64,000 bases of DNA from a virus, in the IMG/VR virus record IMGVR_UViG_3300047545_000180, positions 1-64,000 of that record; one strand, written 5' to 3'. Both the position numbers and the translations under genes were made by a program. Positions 44,679-55,504 of this stretch are shown here, one piece after another. How positions within the stretch are numbered: the first letter of the stretch is position 1; every line of letters starts with the position of its first letter. Below the pieces are notes generated by a model that did not search any database, was not told the origin of the DNA, and saw nothing but the letters and a program-made list of their open reading frames with translations.

Positions 44679-46201
44679 TCAATCTCTATTGAGATAATCT
44701 GAGCATATACCCCTGACGTTAATCCAAATCTTTTATGTTGTACAGTTACCATATCACCTAACTGTAATTGTAAAAACTTACTTGTTGCGATAAAACGATA
44801 AACATATCTAGGTGTACTCCACAGATTTACTAAACGAGTAGCTTCTGCAGTAACTTGCCCTGATGCATCGGTAAGCATTAAAGTATTCTTTTGTTCAGGT
44901 AAAGCATCAAGCTTATATAAAGTTTGAGCAGCAGAATTAGTATAAGTTTTACTCAACCATTCACCTGACATTAAATCTTTGTGTGCAGATGGAATACCTG
45001 TTAAAAGATTATCTTGTATTGTCCAGTTCTTGCAAAAACCTAGTTTACTTGTTGCCATGATTTCTGGTTTTTGACTTACCGCTAAACTGTTTTGAATAAT
45101 ATAATCATCTGTAATAGTTTCAGTTCCAACTACAGGTATCGTTACTTTTAATAACCTTAGTAAACCAGAACGTGAAGCAACCAATTGAGCACCTACACTA
45201 GCAGCTAACTCTTGACATACGCTGATTAAGTTATCTTTTGCACTGATATAAATACCAACCGCTTGTGGATGATTAGTTTCAAACGTACTGAAATTAGTCA
45301 AATCAATATCTGCGTCTGTAACACTTCCAGCAATACTAGGATTACCGAAATTCTTTATAATGCGTTTGACTATGTTGGAAACAGTATTATTATAAGTTGG
45401 ATTTTTATCGCCTTGTACTGAACAAGTGATAGCACCTGCAGGATTCTTTAAGAGCTTAAAAGTTCCTTTAACTAAGTCAACTGTATAACCTGAAGAAATA
45501 ATCAAAGGAACACCATTGTCTCGTACTTCGATAATACTTTCAATTGGCCCATCGTTTACCATAAACTCAAGAGTTGTTGGATCAATAAGCAACGGTGTAA
45601 TATTAAATACCTCACCAAATACTAAAGGTTTAACCTGTTCTTTATTTGGATTATCATATACTGCAGTAGAAACAATACTACCTTGATAATAATTACCAAG
45701 TACTTTATCAGTAATAGGAGTATTAAGCTTTTGCATTATATCTCGCAGTTGTAAATTGATAGTATCTTTATCACTAGAATTTACATCTGCTACTATACCT
45801 GAAAAAATCTTAGTAAAATCTGCACGAACAAACTTAGGATCACCAATATAGATAGAAATTGCTCTACCTTGCCATGCTGCTTTTAACCAATTATCGTATT
45901 CACCATTTGTATTGTCAATGGAGATATCACCGTAGCTTAAAGAACCTGCACCATCCAATGAAAGATTCTCTGTAAAATTTACAGCAGTTTTTAAAAGAGG
46001 TAAATAAGTTGCATTACTTGGAGAATCACTTGCACCAGTTACGTATTGAATATTACTCAAATACAGATTAGTCTCTGTACCCGAAATATTTGCTGAGACT
46101 TCTACAAGCATACAACGAATTGCAGTAGGGTCTTCTAGCCACGCTTGAAATTGAGCGTTAGTTAATGCCATATCTTCCTTTATAATATGTGAATAACCCA
46201 C
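44639..46201 (-). CDS. tail tip/baseplate structural protein (520 aa)
   Basis: Located between the tape measure and the fiber. Confidence 0.45.
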   Translation of the reverse strand: MGYSHIIKEDMALTNAQFQAWLEDPTAIRCMLVEVSANISGTETNLYLSNIQYVTGASDSPSNATYLPLLKTAVNFTENLSLDGAGSLSYGDISIDNTNGEYDNWLKAAWQGRAISIYIGDPKFVRADFTKIFSGIVADVNSSDKDTINLQLRDIMQKLNTPITDKVLGNYYQGSIVSTAVYDNPNKEQVKPLVFGEVFNITPLLIDPTTLEFMVNDGPIESIIEVRDNGVPLIISSGYTVDLVKGTFKLLKNPAGAITCSVQGDKNPTYNNTVSNIVKRIIKNFGNPSIAGSVTDADIDLTNFSTFETNHPQAVGIYISAKDNLISVCQELAASVGAQLVASRSGLLRLLKVTIPVVGTETITDDYIIQNSLAVSQKPEIMATSKLGFCKNWTIQDNLLTGIPSAHKDLMSGEWLSKTYTNSAAQTLYKLDALPEQKNTLMLTDASGQVTAEATRLVNLWSTPRYVYRFIATSKFLQLQLGDMVTVQHKRFGLTSGVYAQIISIEIDWDIGFITLEVLI

Positions 46202-46224
46202 TGCCGTTAAACAGTGGGTTATCT

Positions 46225-49200
46225 TTATTTAAGTTTTACACTTTCGCGTACTTTTGAATTCCAATTAGATTCTTTACTTGTTTCGTTAATAGCAGTATTA
46301 ATACTATCAGCGTTACGTTGTTGAGCATCTATGTTGGAAACTACAATTGTAGCAGTTTCTTTAGACTGTTGTTCACGAAGTTCAACTATCTCTTGTCTTA
46401 GATTTCTGATTTCAGTTACAAGCACAATGTTAGTTTCATTTCTATCGTTTAAGCTTTGGAACAATCTTGTGTTATCTGCTGCTGGTACGATTCGTTCACC
46501 CTTGTGAATCTGAGCGTACATATCAGAAGGAACATAGTTTGTGCCTTGAGCAAAGCCGGGTATTGTCGCAGGTGCTGTTCCTGCTGCAATTTTAGCTGCT
46601 AGATCAGTTCCACCACCAAGAGATACTGCACTTTGTGCAAATGATTTAATAATGTCTTCTTTAGATATACCTTGAGTTAAAGCATTCATCCAAAATTGTA
46701 CACCTTCTGCATCACCTGTACGATTTGCTAAGTCTTTATAAAGTCTTTGAACTCTGGCTTCTGGACTTGTACTAATACTTTCAGAAATTTGGCTAAATGT
46801 ACTTCCGGTTTTAACAGAGTTAGTCCAAAACGCTTCACCACCAGCTTCAGGATCACGTCCTAAAAACTTCTGGTATAATGCAGTAATTTCATCTTTAATT
46901 AACTTACCTACGTTTTCTTGAGCTACAGCTAAGTTATCAACTGCTTGTGCTACAGATAGTGTAGCTTTGTTAATCAGATTTAAAGCACTAAGTTGTTTTT
47001 CAGCGTCAGAACTTTGTTTGTCTAATTCGTCTGCAGTACTTGTCAATGCACGTTGAACTGAGTTAAAGTCCTCGGTGTACTGAGAAGAACTTGCGTTATA
47101 CATACGAGATGCATTCAAGAACGCCGTTGCAGAACCTTGTAGTTGAGCAAGTGCAGCATCTTTCTTAGCAATCTCTTCAGTAGTAACAGCAGAACCTGTT
47201 GCTGTAGCAAGTATAGCGTCAAATTGACCTTTTGATTCAGTGTACTGTTGTCCCGGTGTAAGTGTAGTACTAGAACCTAACAAGAGAGACTGACTAAACT
47301 GTCGTAAAGACTCTGCGTTCTTTTTCAGACTAGACACAGTATTCTTAATTGTTTCACCTTCTCTATTACGAGCTTCAGTTAAATCGTCCTGAGCAGACTT
47401 AACATCTTCTAAAGCAAAGATATAATTCTGTGTTGATTTAAACACTGGATCAGTAGCATCTAAAACAGATGCTCTTTGAGCTGCGAGAATTTGTTCAGGT
47501 GTTCCAGTTAATTTCAGAATTTGCATCTGCATATCTTTTAACGTAGAACTTAGATCAGTAGTAGCATTATCTGCAGCTTCTGCTACAGGTACTAACTCGG
47601 CAAAAGCGTATTGTAGATCAGTTAAGTTTTTAACTAAAGCTGGATTCTCTGCTTTTTGAGCAGCGATCACCATTTGTTTAAACTCTTCACGAGTCTTGGG
47701 AAGCGTTAAGTTTAATTTACCAAATTCAGTTGTTAAATCTTTACTTAAATTAGCAAGTTTTTCTTCTTGTGTAAAAAAGTTATCATAGAAGAAACCAAAT
47801 GTTTTTGTAAAACCTTCAACACCACCAAACAAATCAATAAAAGCTTGTGCTGCATCTAAAGATGCAAGCTCTAATTTATATGTTTCAAAACCTAACTTCT
47901 TAAAAGCATCATTAACACCGCCCATGAAAGATGAGAGTCTAACTAAAGCTTGTAAGTTAGTTTCATTTTCTCTGCGATAACCACTAGTACCGATCACAGC
48001 CTTAGCCATTGATTCTTCAATCTTAGCAAACTCTTCTTGATACTTTTTAATTGCATCTTCTGGAGATAAGTCTTTTAAGTTAATCTGAAACTTAGCACTA
48101 AAATCTTTAATAGCATCAGAGCCAAAACCTGCTGTTTCAGCAAGGTCCATTGCAGAATTTTTAATTAGTCTGAAATCAGATGCAATGGCACTACGATCTG
48201 CTTCTTCTAAAACAGATGGTATTTCCTTGTCACTACGGAACCATCCACCTTTTTCAATTGCATATCTTTCACCTTGAAAACCTGTTTCACCTCCAAGTGT
48301 ACCACGAATACCAACGTCAGTTAGTTTGCGTCCAAATGCTCTGTTAGTAATACCTGATACTACACCTGTGCCTAGTGCCAAAAGTGGTCCAAGAACTGGA
48401 ACAAATGAAGCAGCTACTGTTGCTATGTCTTGAAGAGTAGAAACGGTATCATTGATTTTATAACCATTACTGATTGCTCTATTGGCGTACATACCACCAA
48501 CTGAACCAACAGCTTGAGCACCGTATGTTGCAAATGCAGAGGGTGTAGCAGTACCGTAAGCACCATTTGTAGCGAGTAGACCATCTATACCTGTACCTGT
48601 TGCGTTCGCAAATAAAGTACCACCTGCGTTTGCTGCCGACATAGTACCTGCTGCGTATTGAGCGCCTACATTAAAAGCTGAACTGCCATTCTTATATAGG
48701 GATACTAAATTATTTGCACCTGCTATAGTAGAACCAACTCCACTCCCATCTGATCCACTTGAACCAGTAAGTAAGTTTTGAAGTAGTCCACCAAGAGTAG
48801 CATCGACAACAGCTTTAACTACGATTGTAATTGGCTTTTTAAGTTCAGCTACAATTAAATCACGTAACTTAGTACGACCAGCTTTACCACCTTCAATTAA
48901 TCCTGTTAATACAGCGTCAGTTAAACCATCAGAGATTCTGTTGTATTCTGATAATTGCTTTTCAACAAAGTCGTTTGCAATTTCAGTGTTTACGTTTAAC
49001 TCTGCATCTAATCTGCGTTGTCTTGCACGATCAATTTGTGAATCTTTTTCAGTTTGAGGGATTGCTCTTTTATTAATATCTGCAATTTCTTTTTCAAGCT
49101 GTAAATCTAAACGTTTTGTAGCAAGTGCTTTTTTACGCTGTACATCAGTCGCACCAATTAAAGAACGCTGTAGTATTAGTGCATCTGTTTGATCTAAAAT

Positions 49201-51660
49201 TTGCATGTTCAATGCATGTTCTGCATCTAAAGAATCAAATAATGCATCATCAGTTTTCTTTTGAGCTTCAGTCATTTTTGCAAGAGCGTCTGCATGATCT
49301 TTGTGTGCTTTGATAACTCCCGGTTGAATTGAATTTAACTCTTGAAGTTTAATGTTAAACTGATCTTGAGATATCCAACCTTCTACAAGACCGATGTTAA
49401 GTAGATTTAGTTGATCTGAATAATTCTTGGTAAAACCAGAAGCTTTATCTTCAAGATCAGACATTACTTTTAAGAATGCAATTCGTTCTTTTTCAGCATT
49501 AGTTAATTCTTTTGTTTCTTTAGAAGTCTTTGCGGGTTTATCTTTAAGCGTTTTTTCAAAAGCAACAACATCAGAAGTATTTTTAGCTTTTTCCTCACCA
49601 AGTTTCTTTTGAGCTGCAATTTCTTTTTCTAACCCTTCGACAGTCGCTTTAGCAACTTGAATTGAATTTTTACGGTACTGGTCTGTCATAAAACCATCAC
49701 CAGCTTGCAGAGACGCTAATTCTTTTTGAGCATCTATTAATTTTTTAGCAACAGGTGTCGCTCTACCAATGTTTAGAATCTCATTCCAAACCATTTTAGC
49801 ACCTTTAGCTACATTGAAAAAGAAATCTTCAAGAAAACCCATATCTTGTTTTATCGCTTTAGCTGCATCTCTCAATGCTCCAGCATATGCATCTGTTGCA
49901 ACTTTAGCTGCTTCTGTGTGTTTTCCAGCACTTTCAAGTTTCTGAATATATTTTAAAATATCTACGTTGATTGTACCTAACTCTTTTGCAAAAGGTATTA
50001 AACCTTCTAGTGGTTTTTCTGAAATTTTACTGAAATTCTTGGCTAATGTGTCTGCACTAACACCTGTAACTTTACTTACATCGACAATTGTAGTTGCTAC
50101 TGTTTTTAAGTTATCAGAAGTAACATTGCCTGCTTTGGCAATTTCTGTGACTGCTTCAACATATGCACCTACATTACCTTTGGAACCTGCATATGCTTCA
50201 GACAAAGCAAGTGCAGAGTCGGTGGTAAGACCTAAAGAACCCCCTGTCAGGTTAATCGCTTTCGATAATGCAGATTCTTGTGCAATGACCTCTTTAATTG
50301 CAACAGCATATGCAACCAATGCTACTAGAGCACCCGCAATAATAGCAGAAGTCATTACAGTAACAGCAGATGCTAGGCCTCTAAATACACTCATTAAAGA
50401 ACCGCTAGAACCCTCCATGAGAGCTATTTGATATCTTAGATTTTCTAATAGGGATGATACACCAGTTATATCTGCAATAAATTTATTTGTACCTTTACCT
50501 GCCGCTAGAAATGCACCACCAAGCGCACCACCTACAGCTAATCCTACATCTTTTACACTGCTTGCCATACCGATTGTAGCTTTTGTCAACATGTCCCCCA
50601 TGTCTTTACCAGCTACACCAGCCAAAGCAAATTGATCTCGTAACTGACCACCTTGTTGTAGTAGAATAGTGAGAGGTGCTTGACCTGTGGCTAGACCTAC
50701 AGCAATGTCGGTAATCTGTGGACCTAGTGCTCTTGATAGATAATCAATTTGACGATTACCTGCAGCTTTTTGAACAGACATTAAGCTTGCTTTGTACTTT
50801 TCAAGTGCAATAGTTTGTTCTGCTGCTGTTTGGCCTGAATGCTTTAAAGCTTGTTCAAATTTAATCAATCTATTATTAACTGCGCTTGTTATATCACCGC
50901 CAGATTCAGTTAAACGATTCACTCTGTCTAACTCAGAAGCTAAATATGAATTTGCTTTAACAGCATCATCTTGTGCTTTGACTTGCGCTTTCATACTGTT
51001 AGTACGAACATCGTTAGCTTTATTAATCATTGCACTTTTCTGAATTAACTGATCATATTCAGCAGTGAGATTATCTAGGCTTTTACCTTCAATACCATAT
51101 AAAGCAATCAAACGCTCTTTTTCACGAGCAAGATCAACCATCTGCTTTTCAGTTAAACCTAGATTCTTATTGAAAAGGTTTGTAACTTCAGTAGTTGTTT
51201 TATACTCGTTTTGAAGCTTTTGCATCAAACCAATACTTTTATCAAATGGATCACCACCAATCAAAGTACGCTGAGTAACCAATGTTTTATTTAACTCCAG
51301 CATTTCATCATCTAATGCACCCGCAGCTTTTGCTGTAGCTAGAATAGAAGCTTGACCTTTGGAGTTACCTTGAGCCATATACTCAAGAATTAAGTTTTGA
51401 CGCTCTAATACACTACTTGATTTAGCGGTAGATTGAGCACTTTTACCTTGTGCTTGTTCTAACTTGTGTTGAGCAAGTGCAGCTTTAGCAGCAGCTTCTT
51501 CAGCTTTGGATAATTCTTTGTTAGTCTTTGCGGATTCTTTACTTAAATCCTGCATTGGTTTATTTAATTTACTTACAGCTACACCTAATGCTTCAATCTT
51601 AGTTGCTGCTTCATCTAGTTGTTCGGTTTTGACAACGAACTTTAATTCTGCTAATTCCAT
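46225..51660 (-). CDS. tail tape measure protein (1811 aa)
   Basis: Very long, alpha-helical, A/K/Q/E-rich. Gly-rich hydrophobic central segment. Downstream of the chaperone pair. Confidence 0.85.
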   Translation of the reverse strand: MELAELKFVVKTEQLDEAATKIEALGVAVSKLNKPMQDLSKESAKTNKELSKAEEAAAKAALAQHKLEQAQGKSAQSTAKSSSVLERQNLILEYMAQGNSKGQASILATAKAAGALDDEMLELNKTLVTQRTLIGGDPFDKSIGLMQKLQNEYKTTTEVTNLFNKNLGLTEKQMVDLAREKERLIALYGIEGKSLDNLTAEYDQLIQKSAMINKANDVRTNSMKAQVKAQDDAVKANSYLASELDRVNRLTESGGDITSAVNNRLIKFEQALKHSGQTAAEQTIALEKYKASLMSVQKAAGNRQIDYLSRALGPQITDIAVGLATGQAPLTILLQQGGQLRDQFALAGVAGKDMGDMLTKATIGMASSVKDVGLAVGGALGGAFLAAGKGTNKFIADITGVSSLLENLRYQIALMEGSSGSLMSVFRGLASAVTVMTSAIIAGALVALVAYAVAIKEVIAQESALSKAINLTGGSLGLTTDSALALSEAYAGSKGNVGAYVEAVTEIAKAGNVTSDNLKTVATTIVDVSKVTGVSADTLAKNFSKISEKPLEGLIPFAKELGTINVDILKYIQKLESAGKHTEAAKVATDAYAGALRDAAKAIKQDMGFLEDFFFNVAKGAKMVWNEILNIGRATPVAKKLIDAQKELASLQAGDGFMTDQYRKNSIQVAKATVEGLEKEIAAQKKLGEEKAKNTSDVVAFEKTLKDKPAKTSKETKELTNAEKERIAFLKVMSDLEDKASGFTKNYSDQLNLLNIGLVEGWISQDQFNIKLQELNSIQPGVIKAHKDHADALAKMTEAQKKTDDALFDSLDAEHALNMQILDQTDALILQRSLIGATDVQRKKALATKRLDLQLEKEIADINKRAIPQTEKDSQIDRARQRRLDAELNVNTEIANDFVEKQLSEYNRISDGLTDAVLTGLIEGGKAGRTKLRDLIVAELKKPITIVVKAVVDATLGGLLQNLLTGSSGSDGSGVGSTIAGANNLVSLYKNGSSAFNVGAQYAAGTMSAANAGGTLFANATGTGIDGLLATNGAYGTATPSAFATYGAQAVGSVGGMYANRAISNGYKINDTVSTLQDIATVAASFVPVLGPLLALGTGVVSGITNRAFGRKLTDVGIRGTLGGETGFQGERYAIEKGGWFRSDKEIPSVLEEADRSAIASDFRLIKNSAMDLAETAGFGSDAIKDFSAKFQINLKDLSPEDAIKKYQEEFAKIEESMAKAVIGTSGYRRENETNLQALVRLSSFMGGVNDAFKKLGFETYKLELASLDAAQAFIDLFGGVEGFTKTFGFFYDNFFTQEEKLANLSKDLTTEFGKLNLTLPKTREEFKQMVIAAQKAENPALVKNLTDLQYAFAELVPVAEAADNATTDLSSTLKDMQMQILKLTGTPEQILAAQRASVLDATDPVFKSTQNYIFALEDVKSAQDDLTEARNREGETIKNTVSSLKKNAESLRQFSQSLLLGSSTTLTPGQQYTESKGQFDAILATATGSAVTTEEIAKKDAALAQLQGSATAFLNASRMYNASSSQYTEDFNSVQRALTSTADELDKQSSDAEKQLSALNLINKATLSVAQAVDNLAVAQENVGKLIKDEITALYQKFLGRDPEAGGEAFWTNSVKTGSTFSQISESISTSPEARVQRLYKDLANRTGDAEGVQFWMNALTQGISKEDIIKSFAQSAVSLGGGTDLAAKIAAGTAPATIPGFAQGTNYVPSDMYAQIHKGERIVPAADNTRLFQSLNDRNETNIVLVTEIRNLRQEIVELREQQSKETATIVVSNIDAQQRNADSINTAINETSKESNWNSKVRESVKLK

Positions 51661-51763
51661 AGCACTTTCTCCTGTTGTGGATGTAATTATCTATGTGTAT
51701 AAACTACACTAATTTGCACACATAGATACTCTGGTCATCCGTTAAGATAACCAAAGCAACTAT

Positions 51764-52555
51764 CACTTCTTAGATGATTTCTTTCGTTCTGTTTCTGCTT
51801 CTTTTGCATAAGCGGACAATGCTTCGTTATCAAATAACTTAATTAACGTAACTTCCCAATCTTCAGGTTGAACTTCAATTAAGTCAAAGTACGCTTTAAT
51901 CTCGGTATAAGGTATAGGATTAACACCGAAACCGTTTGATCCTCGTGCGTTATGAAGATCAATAAACCATTTCCAAACTTGAATACAACTTTCTGGTAGT
52001 TCAATTAGTTCTTCAAGTTCTTTAGGTTTGACTCCAGTTTGACGCCAAACAGAAAGAAGTTGATCTCTTAATGTAGAACCATCTTTAGAACGCTTGCCGA
52101 AGCCGAACTCTTGTTTAGCAAAAGCTACAGCTTCTTCAATTTCACTCGGAGCGAAAGTTTAACAGCTGACCTGATTCCTCCATCACTGCGTCTTTAATCC
52201 AAGGATATTCTTTGAAGATACGCTCTGCATTTTCTTTTGTGAAGTCAACCTTCTTACCATTCTCGGTAATGTTCTCCCATCCGATTACACGGATAACAGC
52301 AGATTCAATGCTTAGTTCTTCCGCTTCTTCTAACGTCATATCATCAACGTCTTTACCCCGGCGTTTAGCTTGTTGTTCACGAAGCTTAAACTCTGCATAT
52401 TTTTTACGACCAAATGCTTTAACGGTCTTGGATTGATCACCACGCACGGTAATGAATACTCCAGTTGCTTCACCTGTACCGGGAAGCTTTAATTCGAATT
52501 TGTAGCCTACTTCGGCAATCTCTGTGTAATTATGTTTTGCTAGATCAAAAGCCAT
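51764..52555 (-). CDS. tail assembly chaperone frameshift product (GT-like); shift into the +1 frame near 52145-52160
   Basis: 117-codon stop-to-stop frame with no usable start overlaps the end of 52142..52555. Candidate slip AAC-UUU-C. Confidence 0.45.
52142..52555 (-). CDS. tail assembly chaperone (lambda G-like)
   Basis: 137 aa, acidic. Sits between the major tail and tape measure genes. Confidence 0.6.
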   Translation of the reverse strand: MAFDLAKHNYTEIAEVGYKFELKLPGTGEATGVFITVRGDQSKTVKAFGRKKYAEFKLREQQAKRRGKDVDDMTLEEAEELSIESAVIRVIGWENITENGKKVDFTKENAERIFKEYPWIKDAVMEESGQLLNFRSE

Positions 52556-52590
52556 AATATTTCCTTTCTGTTAGTGTTAATGAAGTACTG

Positions 52591-52619
52591 ATTATAGCAT
52601 ATTATTTCAGATAAATCAA
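52591..52619 (-). promoter_or_regulatory. sigma70-type promoter TTGATT-17-TATAAT (minus strand) upstream of the chaperone/tape-measure operon
   Basis: Revcomp: -35 at 52614-52619, -10 at 52591-52596. Confidence 0.5.
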
Positions 52620-52697
52620 GGGGTGTAAATGATAAATTAAGGCAGTATAATAAACAGAAAAACCCCCAAGGCTTTTGACCAAGGGGGGTTATTCAGA

Positions 52698-53909
52698 TTA
52701 GACTAGTGTAGAATCTTGAATCTGTACAGTTGTAGCGGGTAGACCTGCAGAGGTGTCTGCATTTAGCAAAGCTTGGAAGCTTGTAGAAGCAACAAGGCCG
52801 AGTTCACCATCATCTTTGGCAAAGCTACCTAGTTTAACTTTTGGTAGTGTGAATGTCAAGAAATCAGCGTTAGCTTCAGAACCTGTGGTCAAAGCGAACA
52901 CGATAGACACTGGAGTTTCATCGTCAAAATAGTTACGGAATGTAGCATCTTGGAAATAAACACTCAAGTTACCTGATACGCGAATACGACCTAAGAAAAT
53001 TTCAGCTACTGAGTTAGAACCTACAGCAGTTGCGTTTTCCATAGCACGTTCTACAGTAAAGTCAGCACTTGTTACTAGAGCAACAGGTAGACCGTTAACG
53101 ATCATAGCGCCGTTAACAGCAGCGAAAATACCATTAGTACCTTGTGCAGTTGGTGAACCGAAATACTGAGTAGTACCTTTAGAACTTAGGTCTTTACCCA
53201 TGAAGCTAAAATCAACAGTAGTCAAACCAGTTGCAGGTAATTGCAAGTTCATTGAACCTACTCGCATACCAGTGTATACTTCTGATTGTGAAATATCTTG
53301 GAACCATTGCTCAATAGTGTATGAGTCTTCGGTGTGACCAGTTGCGGGTACAATAGTTTGCTTACCAACAACAGTAGCTGTTACGGTTGCAATTGGACCT
53401 TCAGCGACTAGAGCAGAACCATTAAGTGACTGTACAGTAAGAGCTAAAGCTGTCATGCTAACGACTAGTAAGTTTTTACCAACGTTTGCTGCGTTCAGAC
53501 CAGCACCTGTTAGACGAATAACCATACCTACTTTGATATCACTAGTCAAGAAAGTACCAGTGCTACGGGTAACTGTCCACAAACCACCAGAAGCAGCAAT
53601 AGTGACAGATAAACCGGTTACAGCAGTGATAGCAGCGAAGTCTTTAGCTACCAGAGACTGCATGAAATCAGAGTATGAGTTGGGTGAAAGTTCACCACTT
53701 AGTGTACCATCTGCACTGCGAACACCGTGTCGGAAGTCAGCAAGTTGACGGTCAGTACGAATTTCATTTGATTCGTATGTTTCTTTTGTTAAGTTAAAGT
53801 CAGCAGTTACTCTTCGGACTTGTTTACCACCAGTTGTACCAGCGGCAGTACCCCATGTTGACTCTTTGCGATATGCTACAACTTTAGCCGTACCTTTTGA
53901 AATTGCCAT
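52698..53909 (-). CDS. major tail (tube) protein
   Basis: 403 aa, position upstream of G/GT, Thr/Ala/Gly-rich. Assigned by synteny. Confidence 0.5.
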   Translation of the reverse strand: MAISKGTAKVVAYRKESTWGTAAGTTGGKQVRRVTADFNLTKETYESNEIRTDRQLADFRHGVRSADGTLSGELSPNSYSDFMQSLVAKDFAAITAVTGLSVTIAASGGLWTVTRSTGTFLTSDIKVGMVIRLTGAGLNAANVGKNLLVVSMTALALTVQSLNGSALVAEGPIATVTATVVGKQTIVPATGHTEDSYTIEQWFQDISQSEVYTGMRVGSMNLQLPATGLTTVDFSFMGKDLSSKGTTQYFGSPTAQGTNGIFAAVNGAMIVNGLPVALVTSADFTVERAMENATAVGSNSVAEIFLGRIRVSGNLSVYFQDATFRNYFDDETPVSIVFALTTGSEANADFLTFTLPKVKLGSFAKDDGELGLVASTSFQALLNADTSAGLPATTVQIQDSTLV

Positions 53910-53958
53910 ATATTTTCTCCATTAAATTTAAATTAATTACTTGCAAGTAATACATGAA

Positions 53959-54468
53959 TCAGCCATTGCAGCTATATTCTCCATGTTCTTTTTGTCTAAT
54001 CCTACACAAAGCATCTTCAGCTTCTTGCAAGGTTTCGAATGTGCCAACTTGAATTGTTTTATTGTTAACAGCTAGTCGGGCTTCATATTTATCGTTTTTG
54101 GTTAATCTCACACCTTTAACGCCTGTACTATTAGCAGAACTTATTCCAGAGTTCCATATGTTTTTATTATAATCAGAAGCCCTTAGATTTTCAATTCTGT
54201 TGTCGAATGGAATTCTATTTACATGATCTACAATTTTTGGTAGTGAACCATGATGTAGTGCATAAATAATTCTATGTACAAGGTAATATTTACCCTTCAG
54301 TCCTACATCAAAATAACCATCTAGTCTTTGTTTTCCAGCTAGAGTTCCTTTTCGACCTCTAGTTCCACTGTCTATTTTCCAATATAATTTTTCACTATTA
54401 TATGAAAAATATTCTTTAAATAAAGATATTAATTTATCTTCACATTCCATTTTCATTTTCTCCATCAA
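53959..54468 (-). CDS. HNH (HNH_3) homing endonuclease with a C-terminal AP2 domain
   Basis: LVHRIIYALHHGSLPKIVDHVNRIPFDNRIENLR. Then GVKGVR...KYEARL...GTFET.EEAE AP2 fold. Confidence 0.75.
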   Translation of the reverse strand: MMEKMKMECEDKLISLFKEYFSYNSEKLYWKIDSGTRGRKGTLAGKQRLDGYFDVGLKGKYYLVHRIIYALHHGSLPKIVDHVNRIPFDNRIENLRASDYNKNIWNSGISSANSTGVKGVRLTKNDKYEARLAVNNKTIQVGTFETLQEAEDALCRIRQKEHGEYSCNG

Positions 54469-54550
54469 GAAAGCATCACAAATAAGATAAGGCAGGACGG
54501 TGATGAGTCGTCTTTTCCCCCGCTAAAGGTAGCCATTAAATATTGTAGAA

Positions 54551-54958
54551 TTAGTTAGAATAAACTTCTGCTACTAATTCAATTAATACAGGACAGATTA
54601 TTCTATCCGAAGCGATTGTTGTACCAGCTACTTGAGGTGTGCGTAATACATGGATATGTACACCATCTTCTGTAAACACAGTACCTTTTTTAAAGTGATT
54701 TCTTACAAGTTCTGCTCTAGAGATAACTTCAGAAGTTCCTTTGTTTGCAGCACCTACAATAAATACTTGCATTGTCATTCGTTCTCTATAAAAACCCGTA
54801 CCAAGCACAGGATCATCAGGAGACTGAATCATAAATTGTACACGCTGATAAACAGTATCTGGCGGTGTAAAACTAACACCTTCCCATGCCGTTGGAACAA
54901 TGGGTGTTAATGTATTTAATTTACGTTCGGCTGCTCTTTTTACTTGAATAATTGCCAT
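54551..54958 (-). CDS. tail terminator / neck protein (positional call)
   Basis: 135 aa between the head and tail genes. Confidence 0.35.
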   Translation of the reverse strand: MAIIQVKRAAERKLNTLTPIVPTAWEGVSFTPPDTVYQRVQFMIQSPDDPVLGTGFYRERMTMQVFIVGAANKGTSEVISRAELVRNHFKKGTVFTEDGVHIHVLRTPQVAGTTIASDRIICPVLIELVAEVYSN

Positions 54959-55503
54959 TAGCTTGCCTTATAATAGTTGTTAAGTTCCGCTGTATATATA
55001 CCATAAATAGCATGCAATGTTGGTTCCATAATACCATTAGGCGCTTGTGAAGATGCACCACCTTCAAGGGATCTAACAGGGGAACCATTTTTATAAGTAT
55101 CGTAAGACCATGCATCTTTTGATACATAAGGAACGTTGTTTGTAATGTAGACGGTATTACCAAGCTTATAATTTTCAGATCGGTATTCTGCAGATTGTTT
55201 TACATTGAGTGCATTTTCACTGTCTGCTTGCATGAACCACCAACTGGTATAAGGTTTATTCATTTCAATGATCCAACCACCTTTAGCCATACCAGCTTTT
55301 GTATTTTTCAGTACTCTCTTACGTGCAGGATTATTATAAAGTGCAGCATATTCTACGTCATCACCAAAGGGTGTATTTTCGATAGCTTCGAAAGCAACAT
55401 GGTATATAAACAATTGAACCATACCTTCCATCTTACGAATCGCTTCTTCATGGACCTTCTTTAAGCTTTGTTCTAATTTTGAAGTATCACATGATATTTG
55501 CAT
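54958..55503 (-). CDS. neck / tail completion protein (positional call)
   Basis: 181 aa. Confidence 0.35.
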   Translation of the reverse strand: MQISCDTSKLEQSLKKVHEEAIRKMEGMVQLFIYHVAFEAIENTPFGDDVEYAALYNNPARKRVLKNTKAGMAKGGWIIEMNKPYTSWWFMQADSENALNVKQSAEYRSENYKLGNTVYITNNVPYVSKDAWSYDTYKNGSPVRSLEGGASSQAPNGIMEPTLHAIYGIYTAELNNYYKAS

Positions 55504-55504
55504 A

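Noticed and set aside
49967-50431. Plus-strand ORFs inside the tape measure gene (also 49125..49313, 49427..49612, 50792..51043, 51506..51712)
   Set aside because: They lie antisense within a long, well-supported minus-strand gene. Low-complexity Ala/Ser/Leu translation typical of reverse-strand artefacts.
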